Shown here: positions 26,625 through 36,569 of the stretch, one piece after another | How the letters are laid out: each line of letters begins with the position of its first letter | How positions within the stretch are numbered: position 1 is the stretch's first letter | Assembly (NCBI GenBank): GCA_964635905.1 | Contig: CAZWPK010000001.1 | Coordinates: 437,096 to 501,095 of the forward strand | Length of the DNA: 64,000 nt | Reading direction: 5' to 3' | Origin: an uncultured Pseudomonadales bacterium | Lineage (GTDB): Bacteria; Patescibacteriota; Microgenomatia; UBA1400; UBA12028 | Notes under the pieces: model-generated | The model's database searches: none | Told to the model about the DNA's origin: nothing | What the model saw: only the letters and a program-made list of their open reading frames with translations | Made by a program: the position numbers and the translations under genes

Positions 26625-28415
26625 CTACATCGCAGTGGGGATTTGGATCCCTAGAATTGCACACCCCTTCTCTATCACGCCTGCAGTAGCTTGCGTTAAG
26701 GTGATTCGTTTACTTTCTTCCTCACCGGAGCCAAGAATCTTATAGGTATTATAGAATGAATTATACAACTGTGCCAAACTATATAAATAGGTAGTCAGAA
26801 TGTGGGGTGCATGCTCGTAAGCAGCCTGTTCTACCACGGTCACAAACCGCGTCAGCTGGTAGGCTAAGTGCCGTTCGAGGGGATTCATGGTCCAGTTAGC
26901 CTTGTCCCCCTCTGGAAGCTCGCCAGCTTTACTCAAGACGCTCTTGGCACGTACAACGGTGTACTGCATATAGGGTCCAGAGTTGCCATGCATCGAGAGC
27001 AACTCGTCCCAATCAAAGACGACTTCCATCTGTGGCGAACGCTTCAAGTCGTTCCACTTGATGGCGCCGGTGGCAATTTGAGTGGTGGTCTGCTTACTTT
27101 GTGAAATGGATGTTGCCGTCTGTGAATCACCTACTATAGGCCTTGTTCGGGCTGCGTCGTCCGAGTGGAATTCGGATTCTACAGCCAATTTTTTCGCGCG
27201 TGTGAGCGCCTCTGTAAGAACATCCTCCAACCAAATCACATTGCCTGATCGGGTCGACATCTTCTGATCTTTAAGGCGAAAGAGACCGTGTTTCACGTGA
27301 ATACGCTGCCCTTTGGGGTACCAACCCAAGAGTTCTTCGATACGAAAGAGCTGTGAAAAGTAGAGAGACTGTTCGGCCCCGACTTCGTTGATGATCCGGA
27401 TTTCCTTCCCATAGTGGTTCAGTCGAAAGAAATCGGTGGCAAGATCCCGGGTCGAATAGAGAGTGGAGCCATCTTTCTTTAAAATCATTAAGGGTGGGTA
27501 TTCGTCATTGGGAAAGAAGAAGAGTTTGGCTCCCTGTTCCCCAACTTGGAGAAACCCAGATTTTTCTAGGATTGCCACAACGTCGGCCATCTTATCTTCA
27601 AAGAAGGACTCTCCATACCCTTTTCCTTCATTTTCTGTAAAGGTGATGCCTAATTGACCATAAATCTGATGGAATTCCTTTAAGGAGAGATCGATGCAGC
27701 GTTGCCAGATTTCTCGTGCAGTTGCATCCCCATGTTCCAACTTGGTAAACCACTCTCGGGCTTGATCTTCCAGTGTGGGGTCTATCTTGGCTTCTGCATG
27801 AAACTTCACATACAGCTCGACTAATTGTTTTACTGGTCGCTCTTCTGCTTCAATGGTATCCAGATTCCCCCATTTGGTAATGGCAACAATCAGCTTGCCA
27901 AATTGGGTTCCCCAGTCTCCGACATGGTTGTCCTTGTAGACCGTCCAACCTAATGTTGCATAGAGGTTGGCAACGGCATTGCCAATAATCGTGGAACGAA
28001 GGTGTCCAACGGTAAAGGGCTTAGCAATATTGGGAGATGAAAACTCTACGACCACCTTTTTTTCTTCAAAAAGTGGCGGAAAACTGATCTCTTTGGAAAG
28101 AGTGTGCACGTTTTCTTGAATGAGTGCATCACGTAGGACGAAATTGATAAATCCCGGTCCGGCTACAGAGACGGATTGAATTTGAGAGGGCACATTTGCC
28201 TGCATCTTGGAAACGATCTCGAGAGCAAAGGCATGGGGAGACGAGAAGGTTGCGGCTGGCAAACTTGGGAATACCTGCATGGCCAGATTACAACTGATAT
28301 CTCCATGCGTAGGATCGCTGGGAACCGCAAACCGAATCTGCGAATCAAAGGGAATGTTTAGTGCCTCTAGAGCTTCGATTAGCGCGGTCGTAAGAGTCTG
28401 TTCAATCTGTTTCAT
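26625..28415 (-). CDS. argS: Arginine--tRNA ligase
   Basis: EFSSPNIAKPFTVGHLRS, GDWGTQFG, KMSTRSG, GNSGPYMQY; start MKQIEQ. Confidence 0.97.
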   Translation of the reverse strand: MKQIEQTLTTALIEALEALNIPFDSQIRFAVPSDPTHGDISCNLAMQVFPSLPAATFSSPHAFALEIVSKMQANVPSQIQSVSVAGPGFINFVLRDALIQENVHTLSKEISFPPLFEEKKVVVEFSSPNIAKPFTVGHLRSTIIGNAVANLYATLGWTVYKDNHVGDWGTQFGKLIVAITKWGNLDTIEAEERPVKQLVELYVKFHAEAKIDPTLEDQAREWFTKLEHGDATAREIWQRCIDLSLKEFHQIYGQLGITFTENEGKGYGESFFEDKMADVVAILEKSGFLQVGEQGAKLFFFPNDEYPPLMILKKDGSTLYSTRDLATDFFRLNHYGKEIRIINEVGAEQSLYFSQLFRIEELLGWYPKGQRIHVKHGLFRLKDQKMSTRSGNVIWLEDVLTEALTRAKKLAVESEFHSDDAARTRPIVGDSQTATSISQSKQTTTQIATGAIKWNDLKRSPQMEVVFDWDELLSMHGNSGPYMQYTVVRAKSVLSKAGELPEGDKANWTMNPLERHLAYQLTRFVTVVEQAAYEHAPHILTTYLYSLAQLYNSFYNTYKILGSGEEESKRITLTQATAGVIEKGCAILGIQIPTAM

Positions 28416-28443
28416 AATGGTTCCTCTTTCTTCTATTGTGACA

Positions 28444-28615
28444 TAAAAAAACCCTCGAATAATCAGGATCTGATCACTCAAGGGGCACATTGTAGGTGCG
28501 GTACCACCCTTTTTTATACTTTTAATGAAGCTATATTGGGCTCACCCACCTGCATTTCCTCAGGATCCGTAGGCGATTTTCCTTCAAGAGGCGCGACTTC
28601 TTGTGGGACGGAACT
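28444..28615 (-). promoter_or_regulatory. T-box riboswitch (argS), compact stem I
   Basis: AAGGG-TGGTACC-GCAC...GTGC-CCCTT antiterminator, terminator ending GAGGG plus U-tract; apical loop AGTCGCGCC holds Arg codon CGC. Confidence 0.85.
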
Positions 28616-28684
28616 GTAAGTATAGCACGACAACCTACCTACTGTCGCTCCCTTGAGCAATTGATTGAAAAGCGTCATACTAGA

Positions 28685-29806
28685 ATGATGTTCCCCACAG
28701 AACTTGAAGCGTCCGTACCGCCACCAACAGCGTCAGGTTTAGCAGATCCCTACCGATGGAAACGCTGGGTCATCCTGATTTTGGCTGTCATAGCTATGGT
28801 CATGATGGTTCTGTACTTTGTACGACCAGTTCTGTTTCCGGCAGCCAGACAAACTGCGGAGCTTGAGCGCTTGCTTTCCGCGTCTCCTACTCCGTTACCC
28901 GCGACCGGCACATTTGTGGATTCTTTGTACGGGACGATTCTTTTTAGATCTACTGGCGATGTCAAAGAACTGGAGCTTCCATCAAGACTCGTTAATGTAG
29001 TTCTGGCGACGACCGATTCCAAATCGGCCCAAGCCGTAGTCGTACCTAGCTCGATTCCTACTTGGTCAACTGATGGAGAATTACTCTTTCTCCATACGGG
29101 AACACGGACAATTTCCGGGGTTACATTTGAAACGGGTGCGTATGTAGCCACCTATCTGCTACGCAATGATCAAGTTGATGGGGCAACACCACTACTTTCT
29201 CCATCGCCGGGTAACGAGGTACTGGCGGTCAGTTCCCCGCAATCGGCGCATGGAAGTGATTATATCGAGTTTTTTGATATTGCCACGGGAAATGCATTAG
29301 GGTTTTATGACAACTGCGCGACGAGGGGTATTTGGGTGGAGGGGATGGGATATGTGGCCAAATGTAAGTTGGGAGAACGATATTCCGTAGTGCTCATCCA
29401 ATTTTCGTCCACGTCATCGCAAATGATTCCACTCACGACGCAGAACACCTCTGTCGATTATCTCTTATTGGAACCGTATGACGAGACTCAAGTCGTGGTG
29501 CAACGTAACCAAGGATTGGTCAAAACCATCGGTAAGCTCTCGTTTACCGGGAAATTTACTCCATTAACAACAGCAGAAAGACAGGCTCTATCGGATCCAG
29601 AGGTATTGCTAGATCCTGTCGATGCCCTCACAAAGCGGGTTGCAGCACAGACGAAGCTACCTAATATTTCTAGCGTTCAGGTCTCCAGTGATAACTTATG
29701 GGTAGCTTTCTTATCCAATCAGACCATCTATGTCTCGAAATTAGACTTTACAGAACAACCATTCGCTCTGGGTGAAGCGGAGTGGATGTTGCTGCGACCG
29801 CGATAA
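28685..29806 (+). CDS. Membrane-anchored beta-propeller-like protein
   Basis: N-terminal TM; WSTDG, SPGN and SSDN blade-like repeats. Confidence 0.7.
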   Translation: MMFPTELEASVPPPTASGLADPYRWKRWVILILAVIAMVMMVLYFVRPVLFPAARQTAELERLLSASPTPLPATGTFVDSLYGTILFRSTGDVKELELPSRLVNVVLATTDSKSAQAVVVPSSIPTWSTDGELLFLHTGTRTISGVTFETGAYVATYLLRNDQVDGATPLLSPSPGNEVLAVSSPQSAHGSDYIEFFDIATGNALGFYDNCATRGIWVEGMGYVAKCKLGERYSVVLIQFSSTSSQMIPLTTQNTSVDYLLLEPYDETQVVVQRNQGLVKTIGKLSFTGKFTPLTTAERQALSDPEVLLDPVDALTKRVAAQTKLPNISSVQVSSDNLWVAFLSNQTIYVSKLDFTEQPFALGEAEWMLLRPR

Positions 29807-29835
29807 TGCAGGACATAAACGAGTTTGGATCTTCA

Positions 29836-31032
29836 CTAGAGCGGAAGTTGACCTGGCTCTTCCGATTCTAGCAGTGATAGACCGGTTAATTCTGGTACAG
29901 CGGAACTTCCCGCCAGTCCTTGAATGTTTCCATAGATATTCCCGAGGGAAAGCATTAGTCGCTGCGCTTGGCCTTCTCGCATTTTCCAAATCTTCTCCAT
30001 TGCGGCGCGTTCTTTGCCAATCTGGGCATGAGCTTCAGAATACAGTTCTACGAGGGCTTCCATTTGCTGGCGGAAAGCATTGGAGGTGACATAGCCATAG
30101 ATCAGATCCGCCTTCTCACCTTTGTTTTGGGCCATTGCCTTCTCTCTGCCTACTTCCAGCAACTGCTTTCGTAAGGAAATTGCCAACGGCATAAAGAGGC
30201 TGAAGTTGCAGACCCAGACACCATCATGCAGTGTCAGCCCACACCAGTTGCTCTCGGTGTAAGCAGTCGTCACAATGACTGGGATATTGGCATGCTCGGC
30301 TCGAAGGTCTGATTTTAATTTACTCACCCAGCCTTCGGACCAGGATTTCGTTTGTTTGGATTCCCAGAGAATAATTCCGCAGATCGTTCCTTTAGACGAT
30401 CGTACGATTTGCCGGATGTCCGCACCGGTGACTCCCTTACCGACAGGTTCGATGATATCGTCACGGAATGTTTCTGTGAGCAATCGTTCCATTTCAAGCT
30501 CTTGTACCTCACCTTGCGTTTGTTGCGATCCTTGATTGGCTTTTCGCTGGGCATCTTCCAACGCTTTACGAAGATCCCCGATCATTTTGTCTTTTTGCAG
30601 ATCTTTGAGTCGTTGTTGCTCAATGAGTTGATACTCTGTCTTTTCACGAATAGACTTTCGTTCTTCTTCCAGTTTCCGTTCCATATCAAGCGTCATACTA
30701 CGCGATGCCTCTTCGAGAGCCAGTTCACGCTTGCGAAGTTCAAGTTCTTTCTCCTCCGCAGATTTTCGCTTTTTTTGCTCCTCATCCAAGCGTTCTTGAA
30801 GAAAGAATAACTCTCGCTTTGAGTCTTCTTCGAGTCGCGAACGCAACCGACGTTCGGTGGTTTCACGTTCTTCACGGAGTTTCTGTTCGAATTCTGTTTG
30901 CATTTTCTCTTGTGCAGCCACCGTTTCCTTTTTCCATTCTTGCTGCAGCGTGGATTTCATTTGTGAGGCAAAGGCATCGTCCAAGGAAATTGGGGCATGA
31001 CACGAGGGACAGGAAATTTGTGTTGATGACAT
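29836..31032 (-). CDS. DUF2130-family coiled-coil protein
   Basis: CPSC knuckle, SQQTQGEVQELE, KGVTGAD, ILWESKQTKSW. Confidence 0.85.
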   Translation of the reverse strand: MSSTQISCPSCHAPISLDDAFASQMKSTLQQEWKKETVAAQEKMQTEFEQKLREERETTERRLRSRLEEDSKRELFFLQERLDEEQKKRKSAEEKELELRKRELALEEASRSMTLDMERKLEEERKSIREKTEYQLIEQQRLKDLQKDKMIGDLRKALEDAQRKANQGSQQTQGEVQELEMERLLTETFRDDIIEPVGKGVTGADIRQIVRSSKGTICGIILWESKQTKSWSEGWVSKLKSDLRAEHANIPVIVTTAYTESNWCGLTLHDGVWVCNFSLFMPLAISLRKQLLEVGREKAMAQNKGEKADLIYGYVTSNAFRQQMEALVELYSEAHAQIGKERAAMEKIWKMREGQAQRLMLSLGNIYGNIQGLAGSSAVPELTGLSLLESEEPGQLPL

Positions 31033-31139
31033 AGTGCAAATTGTAACAAGAAAACCAGAGATTTTTGGAAGAACTTTTACAATACCAGAACATTGACAGA
31101 AAAATCAAGGAATTGTTTTTGGGTCTCAAAAGTGAGATT

Positions 31140-31180
31140 AAGGAGATATTGGGAAAAGGAGATATTGGGAAAAGGAGATA
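31140..31180 (+). repeat. 16-nt tandem repeat AAGGAGATATTGGGAA, about 2.6 copies
   Basis: Seen directly upstream of ATG 31184; repeats the SD. Confidence 0.9.
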
Positions 31181-31183
31181 ACT

Positions 31184-31534
31184 ATGAGCGAACAACCAAG
31201 ACCTAAGGTTTATGGAGGAGAGCCGAATCCTGAATTGAATGTTGCGCGGTGTACCAGGCAAATAGAGTACGTCGCAAGAATTTCAAAGATTCCGAAACGA
31301 AAGCTAGAGGCTGTTTTTGTCCAGGGTTTAGGGATGAAGAAAGGAGTAAATTGGACTACTTTTTATGATGCCTTCATGGACTACATCAATGATGACGAAA
31401 CGAAGGCTCGCTCTCTTACTGAGGCATGTCTGGCTAACAACGGTCATTTTATTTCCCCTGATGGCAATGCAAGAGCTTCAGACGGAGAAAAGACTTCACC
31501 AACAATTAGATCTAGATTTGCAACGCGATTTTGA
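31184..31534 (+). CDS. Orphan hypothetical protein (116 aa)
   Basis: AAGGAG RBS; TTGACA at about 31093. Confidence 0.7.
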   Translation: MSEQPRPKVYGGEPNPELNVARCTRQIEYVARISKIPKRKLEAVFVQGLGMKKGVNWTTFYDAFMDYINDDETKARSLTEACLANNGHFISPDGNARASDGEKTSPTIRSRFATRF

Positions 31535-31643
31535 AGGGTTTCATCGGGTGGAGAACCTCTACGTGTAGGTGAACTCTGGAGGCAACTGGAAATAGCTACC
31601 TTCAGAGTTAGTACCCAAATAGCAATTATTTTGGAGATATGAT

Positions 31644-31931
31644 ATGGCAGAAAGTGTTTCCGATGAAGATCGAGCGTTGTTCGACACAGCAATTAAGAGC
31701 TCACGCATTCCAACTGTCATGGGAAAGACACCTAAAGAAATTCTTGATGAGTATGGCTTCTCAGTTGAAGTTCAGGATATCCTGAAAAATTGGTACACTG
31801 GAACTAACTGGGACACGTTTTTTAGTCGCTTTTCTAGTTTTGCTCGATTGAATCAACTTTCCCCAGAGAATCTCAGCCCTGCACAAGCGATGCAACTATT
31901 AACTAAGATGAAGGCAAAACAACGTCTATGA
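31644..31931 (+). CDS. Orphan hypothetical protein (95 aa)
   Basis: GGAG RBS; shares GxNWxTF with the previous ORF. Confidence 0.7.
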   Translation: MAESVSDEDRALFDTAIKSSRIPTVMGKTPKEILDEYGFSVEVQDILKNWYTGTNWDTFFSRFSSFARLNQLSPENLSPAQAMQLLTKMKAKQRL

Positions 31932-31982
31932 GCAGTACATCTAGAACTTTTTTCCAACTCTCTGTAGCATGAGTACTACTCG

Positions 31983-33200
31983 ATGAAAATTTTTACTTTC
32001 AAGTTTCAACATTTCAAAATCCATTCAACTTATGTTTTTTTAGCGTTGATTGTGTGTGGATCATTTCTGACGCTCTGTGGTCTTGTCTATAGTTTCACTA
32101 AGCAACGACAATCGCTAACAGTTCAAGTCAAGGGATTGGAAGCCAATAATTTAAAGCTTTCGGAACAAGCTAAGCAATATAAAACAGAAATATTAAATCT
32201 CGAACAAGATGATCAGCGAGTCCGTAATGATCAGCTTCAAGAAGAGTTAAAAACGATGCAAGCAGCGTTTAAAAAATCACTCACTTCGTATGAATCACTG
32301 TTGGATTTAAAGGAAGGTAAAGGAAAATCATCGGTATTGGATAAGCAGTATGCCTTAATCTTGTCTACCTTGTCATCCAATAATTATGCAAGCGCGTCGG
32401 CTCTTCTGGCCTCGTTGGATACGCAGATTCAAAAAGAACAAGAAAAAATCGCCTCACAGTCAGCCGCATCAAGTGTAGTGGCTGCAGCAGTAGTTAGTAA
32501 TTCTCCGCCAGGATCAGGATTTAGCAGACAAAAAGTACAGACATCTGCTGGTGAGTTTGTCGTGGACATTATCGCTGCGGATCTTCGCAGTTCCAAAGTC
32601 ATCATTGATACTGCTTCGGATTCGACATGTACAGATAATTGTCCTGTTCTTCCACTCGCTTCCTATGTCGCACGTTCCGGAGCCTTTGCCGGGATCAATG
32701 GGACATATTTTTGTCCTGAAAGTTATCCCTCCTGTGCAGGAAAGAAAAACTCCTTTGATCTGTTAGTCATGAACAAGAGCAAAGCCTATTTTAACTCCGA
32801 TAACAATGTGTATAGTCAAAATCCAGTCGCTGTTTTCTCAGGAACCAGTGCCAGGTTTTTTTCCAAAGCTCAAGATTGGGGACGCGATACAGGAGTCGAC
32901 AGTGTTATCTCTAACTTCCCTCTTTTAGTGATTAATGGACAGAATCAATTTGGAGGCAATGGCGACCCGAAAATGAATTCTCGAGGAGTACGCGGATTCT
33001 TGGCAGCGAAAGATACTTTTGCTTATATGGGATTTGTGCGCAACGCGACAGTGGCAGAAGCTGCAACAGTGCTACAAACATTAGGAATGCAACATGCCAT
33101 CAATCTTGATAGTGGAGGTTCCAGTGCCTTATGGTTTGGGGGATACAAGCTAGGTCCAGGAAGAAGCATTCCCAATGCGGTGTTGTTTGTACGGAAATAA
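31983..33200 (+). CDS. Phosphodiester glycosidase (NAGPA-like) protein with TM and coiled coil
   Basis: AGINGTYF, AINLDSGGSSAL, R.IPNAV motifs. Confidence 0.85.
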   Translation: MKIFTFKFQHFKIHSTYVFLALIVCGSFLTLCGLVYSFTKQRQSLTVQVKGLEANNLKLSEQAKQYKTEILNLEQDDQRVRNDQLQEELKTMQAAFKKSLTSYESLLDLKEGKGKSSVLDKQYALILSTLSSNNYASASALLASLDTQIQKEQEKIASQSAASSVVAAAVVSNSPPGSGFSRQKVQTSAGEFVVDIIAADLRSSKVIIDTASDSTCTDNCPVLPLASYVARSGAFAGINGTYFCPESYPSCAGKKNSFDLLVMNKSKAYFNSDNNVYSQNPVAVFSGTSARFFSKAQDWGRDTGVDSVISNFPLLVINGQNQFGGNGDPKMNSRGVRGFLAAKDTFAYMGFVRNATVAEAATVLQTLGMQHAINLDSGGSSALWFGGYKLGPGRSIPNAVLFVRK

Positions 33201-33261
33201 AGTTTCACAAGAATTGTAAGAGACTATTGTCATTTACAATTGTCAGTTGCATGATGAGATT

Positions 33262-33891
33262 ATGGCAAAAGAAAACGATGATGCAAAAGATACTCCCAGG
33301 AAAATTCACGCTGAGGATCCTGCAAAAGTTACGAGTCGAATAAGTGGGACTTCAGAACTAATTAAGACGTTGAATTCTCTTGGAATCGAAGAATCTTCCA
33401 ACGAAGAAACCATTTTAGACATCAAAGTCCATAACCCATTAAAGCGCATCACTCAGCTTCTACAAGATCTAAAGAAGCATCAAACAACGACTGTTTCGTT
33501 GCGGTTTACTATCCCCATCATTGCTCTTCCCATCGTGCTTTTTGTGGCGTTTCAAATAGGACGAGCTCAGACACTCTGTGCACAGACGTTCACCACCCAG
33601 GCAGGAACAGTTCAAGTACTCCAAGTCAAAGTACCGCGTGCTGCACCTACGGCATTATCGTTAGTACTGTCCTTCTTCCCTTCTGTTCCGCAGCCAACTG
33701 CAGACTTAATAGATCAGGAGCGCGCGATCTTGCTTCTTCCCAGTAGTGAAGTGGTCCATATCATTCACCCTCGTACTGTTGAAGTATTTCCATTCGTTGG
33801 TCAATCCGTCCTTCTCACTGGAAATTACTCTGCCTGTACCCGGAGCATTACCTTAGATCATCAACAAAATCTCTCTGAAGCAGCCCCTTAA
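33262..33891 (+). CDS. Hypothetical membrane protein
   Basis: Central TM segment; start uncertain (33247 or 33262). Confidence 0.7.
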   Translation: MAKENDDAKDTPRKIHAEDPAKVTSRISGTSELIKTLNSLGIEESSNEETILDIKVHNPLKRITQLLQDLKKHQTTTVSLRFTIPIIALPIVLFVAFQIGRAQTLCAQTFTTQAGTVQVLQVKVPRAAPTALSLVLSFFPSVPQPTADLIDQERAILLLPSSEVVHIIHPRTVEVFPFVGQSVLLTGNYSACTRSITLDHQQNLSEAAP

Positions 33892-33915
33892 TTCATATGT
33901 TATGCTCAATATACT

Positions 33916-34824
33916 ATGGCATCACACATCGGTTGGATTAAATCCAATAAACTTTCCGTTATTCTTCTTGCAGTTGTGTTGTATCTAGTGCTCTCTTCCC
34001 AATTGGGATCGACACGTACATTAAGCTCCCTCTCCACCACACGCTACGCCAATGACTCCGTTGTGGCTGGTCAGTCCATGGGACTTCCCTCCGCAGGTGT
34101 AGGCAAAGTCATGGAATCAAACATGACAGCTCCAGAGATCGCGCCAACGGATAGTGTCACGCGGATGGTGGTGACGGAATCTTCACTCTCCTTAAAGGTA
34201 AATGATGTCCCAACGGTCATTACCCAGATCGATTCGGCAGCTCAAGAAGTAGGAGGACACTTAGTAAACTCCGATGTACAACGACCGGAAGGAGCCTCCA
34301 CGGGGTCCATTACCGTGCGGATTCCTTCCCAGAAACGCGCAGAAGCACTTGCTCGGTTTAAATCATTTGGAGTGAAGACTGTCATGGAGCATGTCTCAGG
34401 TACGGATATTACGGATCAGTATGTTGATAATGCAGAACGCCTTCGTATCTTAGAAACAACCAAAGCCAAGTTTGAGGCAATTCTAAACAAAGCAGAGAAT
34501 GTAACAGAGATGCTCTCTGTACAACAGCAGTTATTGTCGGTGCAATATCAAATCGATGCAATCAAAGGACAACAGAAATTCCTAGAGGGTTCCGCAAGTC
34601 TCTCGCGTGTGACGATTTACTTGTCTACGGATGAGCTTGCACTTCCCTATGCACCGGATACCGCCTGGAGACCAGAATTAGTCTTCAAGGAAGCAGTCCG
34701 ATCCTTTATTCAGACCATTCGTGGAGTTCTCTCAACCGGTATTTGGTTACTGGTCTACTCACCAATTGTGCTGGTGTTTGGATTACTCTATGTGGTTATA
34801 AGAAAAGTGGTAAAGAAGGCTTAA
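33916..34824 (+). CDS. DUF4349 domain protein
   Basis: ITVRIPS, DITDQYVD, IDAIKGQ, C-terminal TM. Confidence 0.85.
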   Translation: MASHIGWIKSNKLSVILLAVVLYLVLSSQLGSTRTLSSLSTTRYANDSVVAGQSMGLPSAGVGKVMESNMTAPEIAPTDSVTRMVVTESSLSLKVNDVPTVITQIDSAAQEVGGHLVNSDVQRPEGASTGSITVRIPSQKRAEALARFKSFGVKTVMEHVSGTDITDQYVDNAERLRILETTKAKFEAILNKAENVTEMLSVQQQLLSVQYQIDAIKGQQKFLEGSASLSRVTIYLSTDELALPYAPDTAWRPELVFKEAVRSFIQTIRGVLSTGIWLLVYSPIVLVFGLLYVVIRKVVKKA

Positions 34825-34997
34825 GACTCTGGGGCACTGCGAACACAAAACGAGGCCATTCGATCTGGTTGCATCAGTTAGCGATTCCGTACGGAATCGC
34901 TATGATACGGAGGATTCTCCAAATCGACGTTTCAAGTCATTAGTAAAATTCCTATTGGGAATGCATTAAAAGCCCAGCGGCTTACCTAGCGTTGCCG

Positions 34998-36197
34998 TTA
35001 TTCCTGGTCCAAATAGTGTTTATTCGCTATCTCATCCGGTAACAAGCTTTTGTCGGTATACATCTCATACCCTTTTCCGTAGCCGCTGTTTTTCATGAGT
35101 TTGGTTGGTGCATTACGAAGTGAGAGTGGAATTGGGAGGTTGCCATAGGCTTTGACATCGTCTAACGCCTTAAAATACGCCTCATACGCACTCCGATTTT
35201 TCTTTGCTTGCGCTAAATAGGCAGTTCCATGGGCCAGATTGATTTGAGCGTCAGGATATCCAATTTTAGTGACTGCATCAAAGACCGCATTGGCTACTAC
35301 GAGCGCAGTGGGCTGTGCAAGTCCAATATCTTCCGAAGCAAAGATCACCATGCGTCGGGCGATAAACTTTGGATCTTCCCCACTATCCACTAAGCGAGCT
35401 AAGTAGTACAAAGCTGCATCCACATTACTTGCGCGCATAGATTTGATGAAGGCACTAATGGTGTTGTAGTGTTCTTCGCCTTGTTTATCAAACCGCAAAT
35501 GCTTGGATTGAAGCGTGTTTTTGAGCGCGTCGATATCGAGTTTTTGATAGAGAGTGTAGGCGTTATCGATCATGGTAATGGCTTGTCGGGCATCTCCATT
35601 GGCCATTGCTGTCAACCACTCTCTGGCAGTTGTATCCATCGGGATGGATAGGTGTAGTTCTTTAGACAATCCATCTAGTGTTCGTTCGATCACTTTTGCC
35701 ATCTCTTCTGCACTTAGTTCTTTGAGGATAAAAACACGACAACGAGAAAGTAAGGGAGCAATCACTTCAAAGGAGGGATTCTCAGTCGTGGCGCCAATAA
35801 GTGTTAGTAAGCCGGATTCTACAAACGGAAGTAAAAAATCTTGCTGTGATTTGTTGAAGCGATGAATTTCATCTAAGAAGAGAACAGTCTTCTGACTACG
35901 ATTTTTCTCGGCTTGGTCAATAATCTTTCGCACATCTTCTTTTTTGGATGAGACCGCCGACAGTTCAAAAAAAGATGCACCGACGCTACCGGCGATGATT
36001 CGAGCCAGTGTCGTTTTCCCTACCCCAGGCGGTCCCCAAAAGATCATGGAAAAGATGGTGTGGTTCTCAATTGCGACGCGTAATGGTTTTCCTGGACCTA
36101 CTAAGTGGGATTGACCGATATAGTCTTCAAGTTCACTTGGTCGAATTCGAGTGGCCAAAGGATGGGTCGATTCTACGGTATTTGTTGGGGACGACAT
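34998..36197 (-). CDS. rarA: Replication-associated recombination protein A (MgsA/RarA)
   Basis: WGPPGVGKTT, LDEIHRFNKSQQD, ATTENP, SAFIKSMR, ASEDIGLA. Confidence 0.95.
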   Translation of the reverse strand: MSSPTNTVESTHPLATRIRPSELEDYIGQSHLVGPGKPLRVAIENHTIFSMIFWGPPGVGKTTLARIIAGSVGASFFELSAVSSKKEDVRKIIDQAEKNRSQKTVLFLDEIHRFNKSQQDFLLPFVESGLLTLIGATTENPSFEVIAPLLSRCRVFILKELSAEEMAKVIERTLDGLSKELHLSIPMDTTAREWLTAMANGDARQAITMIDNAYTLYQKLDIDALKNTLQSKHLRFDKQGEEHYNTISAFIKSMRASNVDAALYYLARLVDSGEDPKFIARRMVIFASEDIGLAQPTALVVANAVFDAVTKIGYPDAQINLAHGTAYLAQAKKNRSAYEAYFKALDDVKAYGNLPIPLSLRNAPTKLMKNSGYGKGYEMYTDKSLLPDEIANKHYLDQE

Positions 36198-36257
36198 GAC
36201 TATAGACTACTCGGTATTTACTGCTGTTGTCAAACAGAACCAAAATCGGTTGAGTGT

Positions 36258-36521
36258 TTAAATCCTCTGGAGACGTGCTACTGCAATTCTTGATGAAGTG
36301 GTGGCGGCAGTTTCTACAGCATTATTGTTCCAACGAATCATCGCGGTAACGAGGACACCAAGATTACAGTCATTTGAACCAATCAAATCTAGCTGTTCTG
36401 GGTGCTTAATAAAGTAATTCTGAAATAGAGTATGTGCAACAGCGTCAGCAATTGGTGCTTTTTGTTGAAGTTTATTAATGACCGTATCACGGAGCTCTTC
36501 AGAAATGTCAGAGTATTGCAC
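36258..36521 (-). CDS. Orphan hypothetical protein (87 aa)
   Basis: GTG-start ORF between secA and rarA. Confidence 0.5.
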   Translation of the reverse strand: MQYSDISEELRDTVINKLQQKAPIADAVAHTLFQNYFIKHPEQLDLIGSNDCNLGVLVTAMIRWNNNAVETAATTSSRIAVARLQRI

Positions 36522-36569
36522 TAATAAAGTGTACTGGAAAATACCAAATGTTTCTAGTAAAGGTAATAC

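Noticed and set aside
31140-31180. CRISPR-like repeat
   Set aside because: Contiguous 16-nt units without spacers; no cas genes or other array seen in the window
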